Program-made: the position numbers and the translations under genes | Notes under the pieces: generated by a model | What the model saw: only the letters and a program-made list of their open reading frames with translations | Told to the model about the DNA's origin: nothing | Database searches by the model: none | Origin: an uncultured Eubacteriales bacterium | GTDB lineage: Bacteria; Bacillota; Peptococcia; Peptococcales; SKKY01 | Direction of reading: 5' to 3' | Length of the DNA stretch: 52,905 bases | Assembly: GCA_964622305.1 (NCBI GenBank) | Contig: CAZUPR010000003.1 | Coordinates: 1-52,905, forward strand | Shown here: positions 26,218-35,221 of the stretch, piece by piece | Layout of the letters: each line of letters starts with the position of its first letter | How positions within the stretch are numbered: the first letter of the stretch is position 1

Positions 26218-28224
26218 TTACACTCTGAAGTGGCTGATTAATCTGGTCAATTCTTGGCTCATGTTTGCCAATCTCAGGGAAGCATCGTTGATATCCATCA
26301 TTGATCTGGAAGTCTCTTCTGTTCCTTTAGCAATTTGGTTGGAGCCTTCTGCACTTTGAGTAATGGTAGCGGTAACTTCTGTAATTGAACGTGTTACCTC
26401 TTCTACTGCGTGTAGAACCTGTTCTCCCATTTGAGCTGCAGAGCCAGTTATTTGGTTAAAGTTACCAGCATCATTTCTATATTGAGTTGCTGTGTCCATA
26501 AATCTCTTGTAGTCCTCAGTAACATCAGTGCTCATAAACTTAAGCAGTTCATTAGCATCATTTATAAGCTCTTCGATGTTTTGTTGCACCTGACCAGTCA
26601 GATTTTGAATATTTGCAACTGTTTCAGTTGAGTCTGAAGCAAGTTTTCTTACTTCTTCAGCTACTACAGCAAAGCCTCTGCCTTGTTCGCCTGCTCTGGC
26701 TGCTTCAATAGCTGCGTTAAGGGCCAGAAGGTTAGTTTGATCTGCAATAGCGGCGATTTGATCAGCCATATTGGAAATTTCATTAACAATCTTAGCCTTT
26801 TCAATGCCTTCCTTCATTCTGGCATCAAGGTCATTATATATATTAAGTGCTCTTTGTTGACTGTTTTGAACATCTTCTTGAATTCTTCTGGCCTGTTCTT
26901 CCGTTTCTTTAGCAGTTTTGTTACCTTCATTCATATTTCTAACAAGTTCATCACCTGCGGCGCTCATTTGTTCACTAGAGGCTGCAATTTGCTGTGCTGC
27001 TGCAGAAACTTCTTGTAAGCTGGCTGAAATTTCTTCTGTCGAAGCAGAAACTTCTTCCATGTTTGCTGAGGAACTTTCAGCAGTTGCGCTCATTTCCTCA
27101 CTGGAAGCAGCTAAGTCCTGAGCTGAACTTTGAATTTCGGAAATGGTCTGCCTGAAACTTTCGCCTAAGGTTGCAAAAGCTCTGGCCAAATCTCCTACTT
27201 CGTCAGTCATTTGCAAGAACCTGTCATCCAGGGTTTCAGTTAAATCTCCACCAGCCATGGTAACTGCAAATTCGCTGGCTCTTACAATTGGTCTTGAGAT
27301 CAGGCGACCAATAAAGAGTGCTACAGCAATACCTAAAAGAACAAAAACTATACCTGAAATTATAATAATTTTTCTAAGAGCATCTACTCTTGCCAAAACA
27401 TCATCTTCCAGTGCACCCACTGCAAAGGTCCAGCCTGTAAGTTCCATAGGAGCAGTTCCGACCATTCTTGTAACACCATCAACATTGTATTTTACAATGC
27501 CAGCTGTTCCTTGTCCCAGAGCGGACATTTCTTGACCAAGTCCCATGTATTTGCCTTTTTCTGTCAAATCAGTATAAATATTTACCTGTTCCATAATTTC
27601 TTCCTTGTTTGGTTGAGCATAAAAAGTTCCATCTGCTCCTAAAATAAGAGCAAAACCATTATCTCCAAAACCCATACTATCTGTAATCTCAGTAAGTGCA
27701 TCACCAGGTCTTCTGGCAATTAATACCCCGCCTATTTTTCCACTTTCATCATAAATTGGAGCGGCATACATAAGAACAACTGAGTTTGTAACCTTACTTA
27801 CAATGGGATCGGAAACGTTTGTTTGACCAGCAAAAGCTTTTTTAACATAATCCCTCTCACCCAGGTTGGCTTCACTGCCATCAATATAAAGGGTGGTCCC
27901 ATCAGGATAAACAATACCAAAGGCTAAATATCCCTCATTTTGTAAAACATTAAAATGATTATCCAGGGCTCTCTTTTGAGTTGCCCAATCCATGGTTCTA
28001 ACTTGACCGTCTCTGGCAATAGCTTCCATTACATTAATGTTGCCATGTATTGCTGCTTCAACCAAATCTTTTCCTTCATCCGCCAATAAGATCAAGGTTT
28101 CATTGGCACTTTCTTCAACAGCCGACGAACCTAATTTAATGGCTGTAAGGCTGAAGGCAAGAGAAAACACTAAAGTCAACAGACCGACATATAGTGCTAT
28201 CTTCCTTGACAGGTTCAATTTCAT
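26218..28224 (-). CDS. Methyl-accepting chemotaxis protein (dCache-type sensor, HAMP, MA domain)
   Basis: Two TM helices flank a periplasmic region of about 250 aa, followed by a HAMP domain. Conserved signalling hairpin [31 protein letters not shown]. Confidence 0.9.
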   Translation of the reverse strand: MKLNLSRKIALYVGLLTLVFSLAFSLTAIKLGSSAVEESANETLILLADEGKDLVEAAIHGNINVMEAIARDGQVRTMDWATQKRALDNHFNVLQNEGYLAFGIVYPDGTTLYIDGSEANLGERDYVKKAFAGQTNVSDPIVSKVTNSVVLMYAAPIYDESGKIGGVLIARRPGDALTEITDSMGFGDNGFALILGADGTFYAQPNKEEIMEQVNIYTDLTEKGKYMGLGQEMSALGQGTAGIVKYNVDGVTRMVGTAPMELTGWTFAVGALEDDVLARVDALRKIIIISGIVFVLLGIAVALFIGRLISRPIVRASEFAVTMAGGDLTETLDDRFLQMTDEVGDLARAFATLGESFRQTISEIQSSAQDLAASSEEMSATAESSSANMEEVSASTEEISASLQEVSAAAQQIAASSEQMSAAGDELVRNMNEGNKTAKETEEQARRIQEDVQNSQQRALNIYNDLDARMKEGIEKAKIVNEISNMADQIAAIADQTNLLALNAAIEAARAGEQGRGFAVVAEEVRKLASDSTETVANIQNLTGQVQQNIEELINDANELLKFMSTDVTEDYKRFMDTATQYRNDAGNFNQITGSAAQMGEQVLHAVEEVTRSITEVTATITQSAEGSNQIAKGTEETSRSMMDINDASLRLANMSQELTRLISHFRV

Positions 28225-28261
28225 TTTTTCTTTCCCCCTTATAATTTTTCAGATCTAAACA

Positions 28262-28400
28262 GGCAAAAAAAAGACAATCACAAAGGATTGCCATTTGCAT
28301 CTTAATTAATAAGCTGCAGTCTGGCGATCTTAGAAAAATTCCTTAGACCCATGACTTTGCGTCCTGCCCTTTCAGACAGTTTGCCTGGTTCGTTTGAACT
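28262..28400 (-). promoter_or_regulatory. c-di-GMP-I (GEMM-I) riboswitch with terminator hairpin, in the MCP leader
   Basis: The minus strand reads accaGGCAAACtgtctGAAAgggcagGACGCAAAGtcatggGtCTAAgg...gccagact, followed by the hairpin ggcaatcctttgtgattgtc plus T8 (28265-28292). A TATAAT at 28412-28407 lies upstream and the MCP RBS AAGGGGGA lies downstream. Confidence 0.7.
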
Positions 28401-28407
28401 ATTTTTA

Positions 28408-28578
28408 TTATAGCCGATTAGTCCCACCATTTAAAGCCCTTTTTCTCATTGGGATTTGAATTCTTTTTTCTTTAAAACAGACTGGGCAAAATCTTGTCTG
28501 ACTTTGCCTGTATTTAGAGGGTGCCTCTTTGTAAGTGCAAGAAGGACAAAACCACATTTCTCTTTTAGCTGATTGCAT
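28408..28578 (-). CDS. Small zinc-ribbon protein (56 aa, below the ORF-track cutoff)
   Basis: My own translation: MQSAKREMWFCPSCTYKEAPSKYRQSQTRFCPVCFKEKRIQIPMRKRALNGGTNRL. Two CxxC pairs are spaced 16 residues apart. GAGGTGG lies 7 nt upstream of the ATG. Confidence 0.35.
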   Translation of the reverse strand: MQSAKREMWFCPSCTYKEAPSKYRQSQTRFCPVCFKEKRIQIPMRKRALNGGTNRL

Positions 28579-28645
28579 ATAATCCACCTCAACTTATATA
28601 ATAAAACATATTCAATATATTAACAGCAAGAGAGGAGAAAGTATA

Positions 28646-30427
28646 ATGGAAGATTTAAAAAATTATGATTGGGATCTCACGGCCATATATGACCAGATAA
28701 CCTCCTGGCAGGAAGATTTTAGTAAGGTTGAAGCAATTCTAACTAATCTGGAAAATAAAAAAGAAGATTTTATTACCTCTGCAAGCAAACTTTTGAATTT
28801 TTTGGAAGAAGAGGAAAAAATGAATATCATCCTCAGCAAGCTCTATACCTATGCCAAAATTTCTTTTGATACAAATATGAAAGATCAGGAAAAAAAAGAG
28901 CTCTTTGAAAGGGTTGACACCTTAAGCTATAAGGTTAGTGACAAACTGGCTTTTTTTGAGCCTCAACTCTTAAAATTATCAGAGGATATTTTTGCCAGTT
29001 TTAGGGAGGAAGAGCCCGACTTAAACAAGTATAATTTTTTCTTTGAGAAACTGTTTTTGCAGAAGGAGCATATTCTTGATCCGTCTACAGAAGAACTTCT
29101 GTCAGGCCTTGATTCAATTGCCTCTTTTTTTGAAAAAGCCTATGACGATTTAACAGTTAATGATATTTCCTACCATAAAACTGCTGACCCTGTTTCAAAA
29201 GAGGAGATCAGAGCCGATAATATCAACTATTATCTGGCACTTTTAAACCCTGACCGTTCCTTTAGAGAGGATTTTTTCAAAAAGCTTTTGGGTATCTACA
29301 AGCAACATGCCAACAGTCTGACCTCCCTCTATTATGGATCTGTTAAAAAAAATGTTTTAGAAGCTAAAAAAAGAAATTATTCTTCAGCCCTCTCCATGGC
29401 CCTAAAAAGCGATTTTATCGATGAAAAAATTTACTCTAACCTGGTTGACACCGTCAGGGAAAATACTCAAGTTTTGCAGGATTATCTAAGTTGGCGAAAA
29501 AAAGAACTGGCCTATGATGATTTGCATTTCTATGATCTCTTTTTGCCTCTAACCCAGGATTTTGAAAAAACATACAGCTTTGATGAGGCAAGGAAAATAA
29601 TTTTAGAAGCACTTGCTGTCTTAGGGCCTGACTACCAGGAAGTTCTTAAAAGAGCTTTTGATGAGAGATGGCTGGATGTTTTCCCTAAAGAAAACAAGGT
29701 CTCCGGAGCCTATGCAACCGGCGTCTATGGAGTCCACCCCTATTCACTTTTGAATTTCAAGGGAAGCCTTAACGATATCTTTACCATAGCCCATGAGCTT
29801 GGCCATGTCATGCACAGCTATTACAGCAATTTGGAGCAAGATTATGTAAATTCTGGCTACACTATCTTCTGTGCCGAGGTAGCCTCAACAGTTAATGAGC
29901 AGCTCCTCTATCATCATCTTCTGAAAAAGTCAGATTCTCTGGAAATGAAAAAATATTTGCTTAATGACCATTTGGACAGTCTGCGTTCCACCTTCTTTAG
30001 ACAGACTCTTTTTGCTGAGTTTGAAAAAGAAGCTCATGAACTGGTTGAAAATGATCAGCCATTAACAGAGTCAGTTCTGGCTGCCCTTTATGAAGGGTTA
30101 TATAAGACCTACTACGGAAAAGATTTTGTTATTGATGAAGAGTTAAAGTATGAATGGGCCAGAATCCCACATTTTTATTCAGCCTTCTATGTATATCAAT
30201 ATGCTACAGGTATCTCGGCTGCGATTTGTCTGGCTGACAAGATTTTAAATGATCCTGACTATCAAATTGATGATTATCTCTCTTTCTTAAAGAGTGGAGA
30301 TTCTGATTATTCAGTCCAGCTATTAAAAAAGGCCGGGGTGGATATGTCCCAGCCCGGTCCTGTTAAAACTACTATTAAAGATTTTCAAGAAACATTAAAA
30401 AGCTTAAGTTCAGATACTGCCAATTAA
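28646..30427 (+). CDS. pepF: Oligoendopeptidase F (M3B family)
   Basis: 593 aa; zinc motif HELGHVMH; RBS GAGAGGAG. A likely promoter is TTGCAT (28573-28578), then 18 nt, then TATAAT (28597-28602). Confidence 0.85.
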   Translation: MEDLKNYDWDLTAIYDQITSWQEDFSKVEAILTNLENKKEDFITSASKLLNFLEEEEKMNIILSKLYTYAKISFDTNMKDQEKKELFERVDTLSYKVSDKLAFFEPQLLKLSEDIFASFREEEPDLNKYNFFFEKLFLQKEHILDPSTEELLSGLDSIASFFEKAYDDLTVNDISYHKTADPVSKEEIRADNINYYLALLNPDRSFREDFFKKLLGIYKQHANSLTSLYYGSVKKNVLEAKKRNYSSALSMALKSDFIDEKIYSNLVDTVRENTQVLQDYLSWRKKELAYDDLHFYDLFLPLTQDFEKTYSFDEARKIILEALAVLGPDYQEVLKRAFDERWLDVFPKENKVSGAYATGVYGVHPYSLLNFKGSLNDIFTIAHELGHVMHSYYSNLEQDYVNSGYTIFCAEVASTVNEQLLYHHLLKKSDSLEMKKYLLNDHLDSLRSTFFRQTLFAEFEKEAHELVENDQPLTESVLAALYEGLYKTYYGKDFVIDEELKYEWARIPHFYSAFYVYQYATGISAAICLADKILNDPDYQIDDYLSFLKSGDSDYSVQLLKKAGVDMSQPGPVKTTIKDFQETLKSLSSDTAN

Positions 30428-31131
30428 ACGAAGGCCGGAAAAAAAGCCAGGGCAAACATGGTTACAAAGACGGCTAAAAAGATAGCTGGCAGAAGATTAG
30501 CTACATTTATTTCTTTTATCTCCAGGATGTTTACGCCAATTCCTACAATTAAGAGCCCTCCGGTGGCTGTCATGTAAAGAGTAACTGTATCAGTTAAAAA
30601 TTTATCCAGGCCCGATGCTAAAAGGGTAATCAGTCCCTGGTATATAAGCAGGGGCAGGGCGGAAAAAAGAACCCCAATACCAAGGCTTGAGGCCAGAATC
30701 ATGGATGTCACGAAGTCCAGGGCGGACTTTACGTAGAGTATTTTATATGTACCGGTAAGTCCGCCCTCAAGTGGCCCCATGATTGCCATGGCTCCTACAC
30801 AGAAGATGAGACTGGCGGAAACAAAACCCTGAACAAAGTTTCCCTGGCCTCCCTTGCTTTTTCCGGCAAGCCCTTCAAGCTTTTGGGCAAATACTTCCAA
30901 ATAATAATCTATCCTCATAAATTCCCCTAGAAGGCCACCCAGGGCAAGACTGACTATTACAATAAGTTCATTGTCTGCCTTTAGAGCCATTTTAAGTCCA
31001 ACCATCAGCACAGCAAGCCCAATCCCCTGCATTATGGTTTTTTTAGATCTTTCAGGTATCCCTTTTCTAAAAGCAATGCCCAGACCGGCGCCAACAACGA
31101 CAGCCAGGGCATTAACTATAGTTCCAAACAT
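30424..31131 (-). CDS. DUF554-family membrane protein (YdfK/YqgA-like)
   Basis: MFGTIVNALAVVVGAGLGIAFRKGIPERSKKTIMQGIGLAVLMVG N-terminus is typical of DUF554. TAATG overlap with the radical-SAM gene. Confidence 0.65.
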   Translation of the reverse strand: MFGTIVNALAVVVGAGLGIAFRKGIPERSKKTIMQGIGLAVLMVGLKMALKADNELIVIVSLALGGLLGEFMRIDYYLEVFAQKLEGLAGKSKGGQGNFVQGFVSASLIFCVGAMAIMGPLEGGLTGTYKILYVKSALDFVTSMILASSLGIGVLFSALPLLIYQGLITLLASGLDKFLTDTVTLYMTATGGLLIVGIGVNILEIKEINVANLLPAIFLAVFVTMFALAFFPAFV

Positions 31132-32048
31132 TAATTATCTCCTTTCCCCTTATATCTGAATGTCAGATATCCCTTATATTCCTTGTGTTCCAGGCGGGGA
31201 TCATTTTTTAATTCTTCTATGAGTTCCTCAGGAAAGAATGAAGCAAGCTCCTTTTGATTCATAGGATGTCTTTTTATAATATTAATGACTGTCTCTTTGG
31301 GATCATCCATTTGGCCAAAAAAGTTGCCAGTGTTTAAAAATTCAATGGAAATACCCCCCAGTTCTTTAACGGCCAATTCTATAGTCTCAGGGCTTACTTC
31401 CTGGACCTCTGCTTCGGCTGGTGGTCTGACTGGTGTGTTAATATAAAGACGATCATAATCTATATCTTGCAGCATTTTTTTATAAGAAGCAATATCTTCT
31501 GGCCTGTCATTAATATCTTTCATAAGCATAATCTCCAGCCAGAGCTGTCCCTTATAACTTTTTGAAAAGTCCTTAAGTCCTTGTAAGACTTTATCGTAAA
31601 CAAGTTGTCCATGGGGACGATTTATTTTTTTAAAGGAAGCCTGGTCCCAGCCATCAAGAGATGGCAATACTATATCTGCTTGAGACAATGCTTTGAGAAC
31701 CCTCTCCTCCGACAGAAAAGAGCCATTTGTGATAACCGCAACCGGTTTTTGAGTCAGTTTTTTTATCTCTTTAATTAAGTTTTCCAAATCAGCATAAAGG
31801 GTTGGCTCTCCCTCTCCAACTATGGAAACCACATCAAAATTTGCCTCGCTTTTGAGGAAATCTTTAAATTCATCAATTATATCTTCCAAGGGGAAAAAGT
31901 CTTTTATCTTGTTGGTCATATTCCTGGTTCTGCCCAGCTGACAGTATATGCAGGAATAGTTGCAGGTACTGTAGGGGATAGGACTTATGCCAAGAGACTG
32001 GCCCAGCCTCCTAGATGGGACCGGGCCAAAGATATATTCGTAAGTCAT
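31131..32048 (-). CDS. Radical SAM protein (unknown substrate)
   Basis: GPVPSRRLGQSLGISPIP followed by the CxxxCxxC cluster CNYSCIYC; 305 aa. Confidence 0.75.
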   Translation of the reverse strand: MTYEYIFGPVPSRRLGQSLGISPIPYSTCNYSCIYCQLGRTRNMTNKIKDFFPLEDIIDEFKDFLKSEANFDVVSIVGEGEPTLYADLENLIKEIKKLTQKPVAVITNGSFLSEERVLKALSQADIVLPSLDGWDQASFKKINRPHGQLVYDKVLQGLKDFSKSYKGQLWLEIMLMKDINDRPEDIASYKKMLQDIDYDRLYINTPVRPPAEAEVQEVSPETIELAVKELGGISIEFLNTGNFFGQMDDPKETVINIIKRHPMNQKELASFFPEELIEELKNDPRLEHKEYKGYLTFRYKGKGDN

Positions 32049-32050
32049 CT

Positions 32051-32911
32051 TTAATAAACCTCCATATCAATTACTGGATAATTTCCTTTGTTTATTAGAA
32101 AGCCTGTATAAATTTCTCTTTGATCGTCGAAGACCGGCAAATGAAAGTCATCAAAGAGAAGATAATTATCAATATAACCAGATATTTGATTGCCTTTGTT
32201 AACTTCCAGGGTAATCTTGTGAGGGCTGGACCACCACTCCTGGCCACTGGTGGAACTTTTATCGGGTATCACATAGGTGTTATTGTGGTTAAAGGTGTAG
32301 CCAATAAGTGCATCCCCGGGCTGATCATCTATTATCCTTCTTAAGACCACTGCCCCCTGGCCCTTGTCCTTTTCAATCTGCAGAATAAAACCCTTCCATT
32401 GCCCATTTTCATCCGGGCTGTAGTCAAAAAGCAGGCCTGCTTCTGTATCACCCTCATGGAGAGCAATATTAGCATTTACTGTAAAAGTGGCCCCTGGTAT
32501 AGGGTGTATAAATTTTAAGAGATCCTTAGCAAATTGGTAAAAGTCGTAATCTTCTCTTTCTTCGTCTGCTATAATCCATTTTTCTTTGTTCTTGTCCCAA
32601 AAGAAGATTTTATTTTTTTCTCTGGGGCTGGGCAAATTATCCAAAAAATCCTTTTCCTTAAGCAGGCTAAGCCTTTTCTGATTGCTTTTAGCCGGCAAGA
32701 AGGATTCCTGGTAGCTTTTGGCATCCAGTTCTCTATAAAGCCAGGTGGCAGAATTAAGATTTTTTAAATTGGCAGTATCAGTTGCCTGCCAGGCCCTGTC
32801 AAAAACTTTAAAATAGTTGGGCACAGTTGCAGCAACCAATATACTTATGATTAAAATTACAAAGACCAATTCAGTTAAAGTAAAACCTTGATTTCCCTTA
32901 GACTTTGCCAC
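32051..32911 (-). CDS. Prepilin-type N-terminal cleavage/methylation-domain protein with a large C-terminal globular domain
   Basis: GTG start after GAGGGTG. The N-terminus MAKSKGNQG/FTLTELVFVILIISILVAA is a class III signal (G-F-T-L-x-E plus a hydrophobic helix). The C-terminal ~150 aa look beta-rich and jelly-roll-like. Confidence 0.7.
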   Translation of the reverse strand: MAKSKGNQGFTLTELVFVILIISILVAATVPNYFKVFDRAWQATDTANLKNLNSATWLYRELDAKSYQESFLPAKSNQKRLSLLKEKDFLDNLPSPREKNKIFFWDKNKEKWIIADEEREDYDFYQFAKDLLKFIHPIPGATFTVNANIALHEGDTEAGLLFDYSPDENGQWKGFILQIEKDKGQGAVVLRRIIDDQPGDALIGYTFNHNNTYVIPDKSSTSGQEWWSSPHKITLEVNKGNQISGYIDNYLLFDDFHLPVFDDQREIYTGFLINKGNYPVIDMEVY

Positions 32912-32917
32912 TTAAAT

Positions 32918-34246
32918 TCACCCTCGGCTGAATTTCCTAAATAAAAAAATTGCCATAATTACTGCAACAATGTCTGACAGAGGCTGAGCGTAAACCAGGC
33001 CATTCATTCCAAATAAATAATTACCAATGATTAAGACCGGAAGGAAAACAAAACCCTGCCTGGAAATGGAAAGAATAAGCGATGGTCTGGCTGCGCCAAC
33101 AGCCTGAAAGGTAACAGTAATCAGCATCAAAATACCTAAAACTGGTAGAGACATAATTATAACTTTCATAAATTGTTCTCCCAAGACTATTACACCAGAA
33201 TCATCAATAAATAACCTGACCAGGTGCTTTCCTGTAGAAAAAAAGAAAAGGGCAAAAAATGAACCGATTATGGCAGCTGCCCCACCAGTAAATTTCATGG
33301 TTGCATTCATTCTTTCTCTGTTGCCCGAGGCGTAATTATAACCAATAAGTGGCTGAACCCCTTGAGCAAGACCAATCATAATAAAGACTGGCAGCATGAT
33401 AACCCTGCCGCTGACTCCCAGAGCTGCAACGACATCGTCGCCATAGGAGGAGGCGAAATTATTTAAAACAATATTTGAAGAGCTCATGAGAACAGAGTTT
33501 AAAGAAGCCGGAATGCCGATGGTAAAAATCTCCATAATAATATTTCTTTCCAGGGTAAAATATTTCCAGGCAATAGAGAGGATACTTTGCCCGCTAATTA
33601 GATATCTTATATAGTAGCCAACGGATAAAATATTAGAAATTATGGTGGCAATAGCTGCCCCTTTTACTCCCAAGCCCAGCCAAAGAATAAAAATTGGGTC
33701 CAGAATTATATTTATAATTGTGCCCAGCATCATGCCGAACATGGCAACCTTAGCTGCCCCCTCGGCTCTTATGGTCTGACCCAGAGAAAAACTAAGAATA
33801 ACCGCCGGAGCCCCAAGAGCTATAATAAAGAGGTAGTCATGGGCAAAAGTCCATGTGTTTTCACTGGCGCCAGAAATTTTTAAAAGTCCGGGCATGAAGA
33901 GCAAGGCAAGAATAGTGCAGATGATGCCTGTGAAAATAGCTGCATAAAAAGAAAAGGATGAGGTCATCTTAACCTTATCGTAATCTTTCATCCCTAAAAG
34001 CCTGGAGATGTAGGCCCCGCCACCAATGCCAAAAACACTGCCAAAGGCCATGAGGAAAAGAAAGATAGGCATGGTAATTGTTACGGCGGCAACCTGGTAA
34101 GGATCATTAAGCTGGCCAACAAAAAAAGTGTCTGCCAAGTTATAAGCTACAGACACCAGCATCCCCATTATGGTTGGGATAGCTAAAGTAAAAACTGCCT
34201 TGGGAACAGGCAGGTTTTCAAAGATTTCATTTCTATTTAAACTCAT
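32918..34246 (-). CDS. MATE-family efflux transporter
   Basis: 442 aa with 12 predicted TM helices. The N-terminus LPVPKAVFTLAIPTIMGMLVSVAYNLADTFFVGQL is typical of MATE/NorM. Confidence 0.8.
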   Translation of the reverse strand: MSLNRNEIFENLPVPKAVFTLAIPTIMGMLVSVAYNLADTFFVGQLNDPYQVAAVTITMPIFLFLMAFGSVFGIGGGAYISRLLGMKDYDKVKMTSSFSFYAAIFTGIICTILALLFMPGLLKISGASENTWTFAHDYLFIIALGAPAVILSFSLGQTIRAEGAAKVAMFGMMLGTIINIILDPIFILWLGLGVKGAAIATIISNILSVGYYIRYLISGQSILSIAWKYFTLERNIIMEIFTIGIPASLNSVLMSSSNIVLNNFASSYGDDVVAALGVSGRVIMLPVFIMIGLAQGVQPLIGYNYASGNRERMNATMKFTGGAAAIIGSFFALFFFSTGKHLVRLFIDDSGVIVLGEQFMKVIIMSLPVLGILMLITVTFQAVGAARPSLILSISRQGFVFLPVLIIGNYLFGMNGLVYAQPLSDIVAVIMAIFLFRKFSRG

Positions 34247-34382
34247 TTCTGTCCTTCTTTCGAAAAAATATAAGTTGGATGAACAATTATACCATAAATA
34301 AAAAGAATGTGTCGTGAATAGACTTGGAATAAATTGGGTATTTTATTTAAGAGAAAGTATTTTGATTTTGGGAGGTTATAAT

Positions 34383-35135
34383 ATGAAATTATTAAACAGA
34401 ACGGCTTTTATCACCGGAGCTGGCTCAGGAATTGGCCGGGAAATTGCCCTTGCCTTTGCTCAGGCGGGTGCCCTGATTATTTCAGCAGATATAAATAAGG
34501 AAGCTGCGGAAGAGACAATGAATATTATTCAGGATTATGGCGGCAAGGCCATTGCTGTTGAGGTTGATGTTGGCGATTTTACCAGTTTTGAAAATGCTAT
34601 GAAAGAGGGCATGAAAGATTACGGTAAAATTGATATACTTGTAAACAATGCCGGTATTTTTGACGGAGATAATGATTTACTCTCAACCGATCCCGATGTT
34701 TTTTCCCGGGTGGTTGATGTAAACTTAAAGAGTGTCTATTATGGAATGAAACTTGTTTTAAGAAATATGGTCCGGACCCAAAGAGGAGTTATCATAAATA
34801 TATCTTCTATTGCAGGAATCAGGGGTGCTTTAGCAAGCCCGGCCTACACGGCTACTAAACATGGGGTAATTGGTTTAACCAAGGATGTGGCTGCCAAATA
34901 CGGACAATATGGAATCAGAGCCATTGCAGTCTGTCCTGGAACCATTGAGACTTCTATGACTAAAGATATTCTAAGCTTTCAGAATGAAGAAACTAAGGCT
35001 TTAATGAACTCTATCCCGCTAAAAAGAGCAGGTAAGGCCGAAGAAGTTGCTAAGCTGGTGGCCTTTTTAGCATCAGAAGATGCCAGCTATATAACAGGAA
35101 CAGAAATAATTATCGATGGTGGTATGACCATTTAA
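34383..35135 (+). CDS. Short-chain dehydrogenase/reductase (FabG-like)
   Basis: TGAGSGIG cofactor motif, NNAG, and catalytic YTATKHG (YxxxK). ATG 34383 follows GGGAGG. Confidence 0.8.
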   Translation: MKLLNRTAFITGAGSGIGREIALAFAQAGALIISADINKEAAEETMNIIQDYGGKAIAVEVDVGDFTSFENAMKEGMKDYGKIDILVNNAGIFDGDNDLLSTDPDVFSRVVDVNLKSVYYGMKLVLRNMVRTQRGVIINISSIAGIRGALASPAYTATKHGVIGLTKDVAAKYGQYGIRAIAVCPGTIETSMTKDILSFQNEETKALMNSIPLKRAGKAEEVAKLVAFLASEDASYITGTEIIIDGGMTI

Positions 35136-35208
35136 CATTTGGGGACGCAACATTTTATCTGATTTTAGAATGAGTGTAAAATCAGATAAAATGTTGCGTC
35201 CCCAAATG
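35136..35208. repeat. Palindromic intergenic element, copy 1 (long variant)
   Basis: Perfect 32-bp arms catttGGGGACGCAACATTTTatctgatttta / taaaatcagatAAAATGTTGCGTCCCCaaatg around the 9-nt loop gaatgagtg. Confidence 0.9.
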
Positions 35209-35221
35209 CAGAGGAGATTTT

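Noticed and set aside
26431-27535. Several + strand ORFs (66-130 aa) inside the chemoreceptor gene
   Set aside because: They are antisense frames kept open by the Ala/Ser/Glu-rich heptad coding of the MCP signalling domain. There are no RBS sequences.
34247-35221. Searched for a cobalamin riboswitch (B12 box) upstream of btuC
   Set aside because: I found no GCCACTG or AGYCMGGAGACCKGCC-like elements on the + strand. Only the SDR gene and the palindrome are present.
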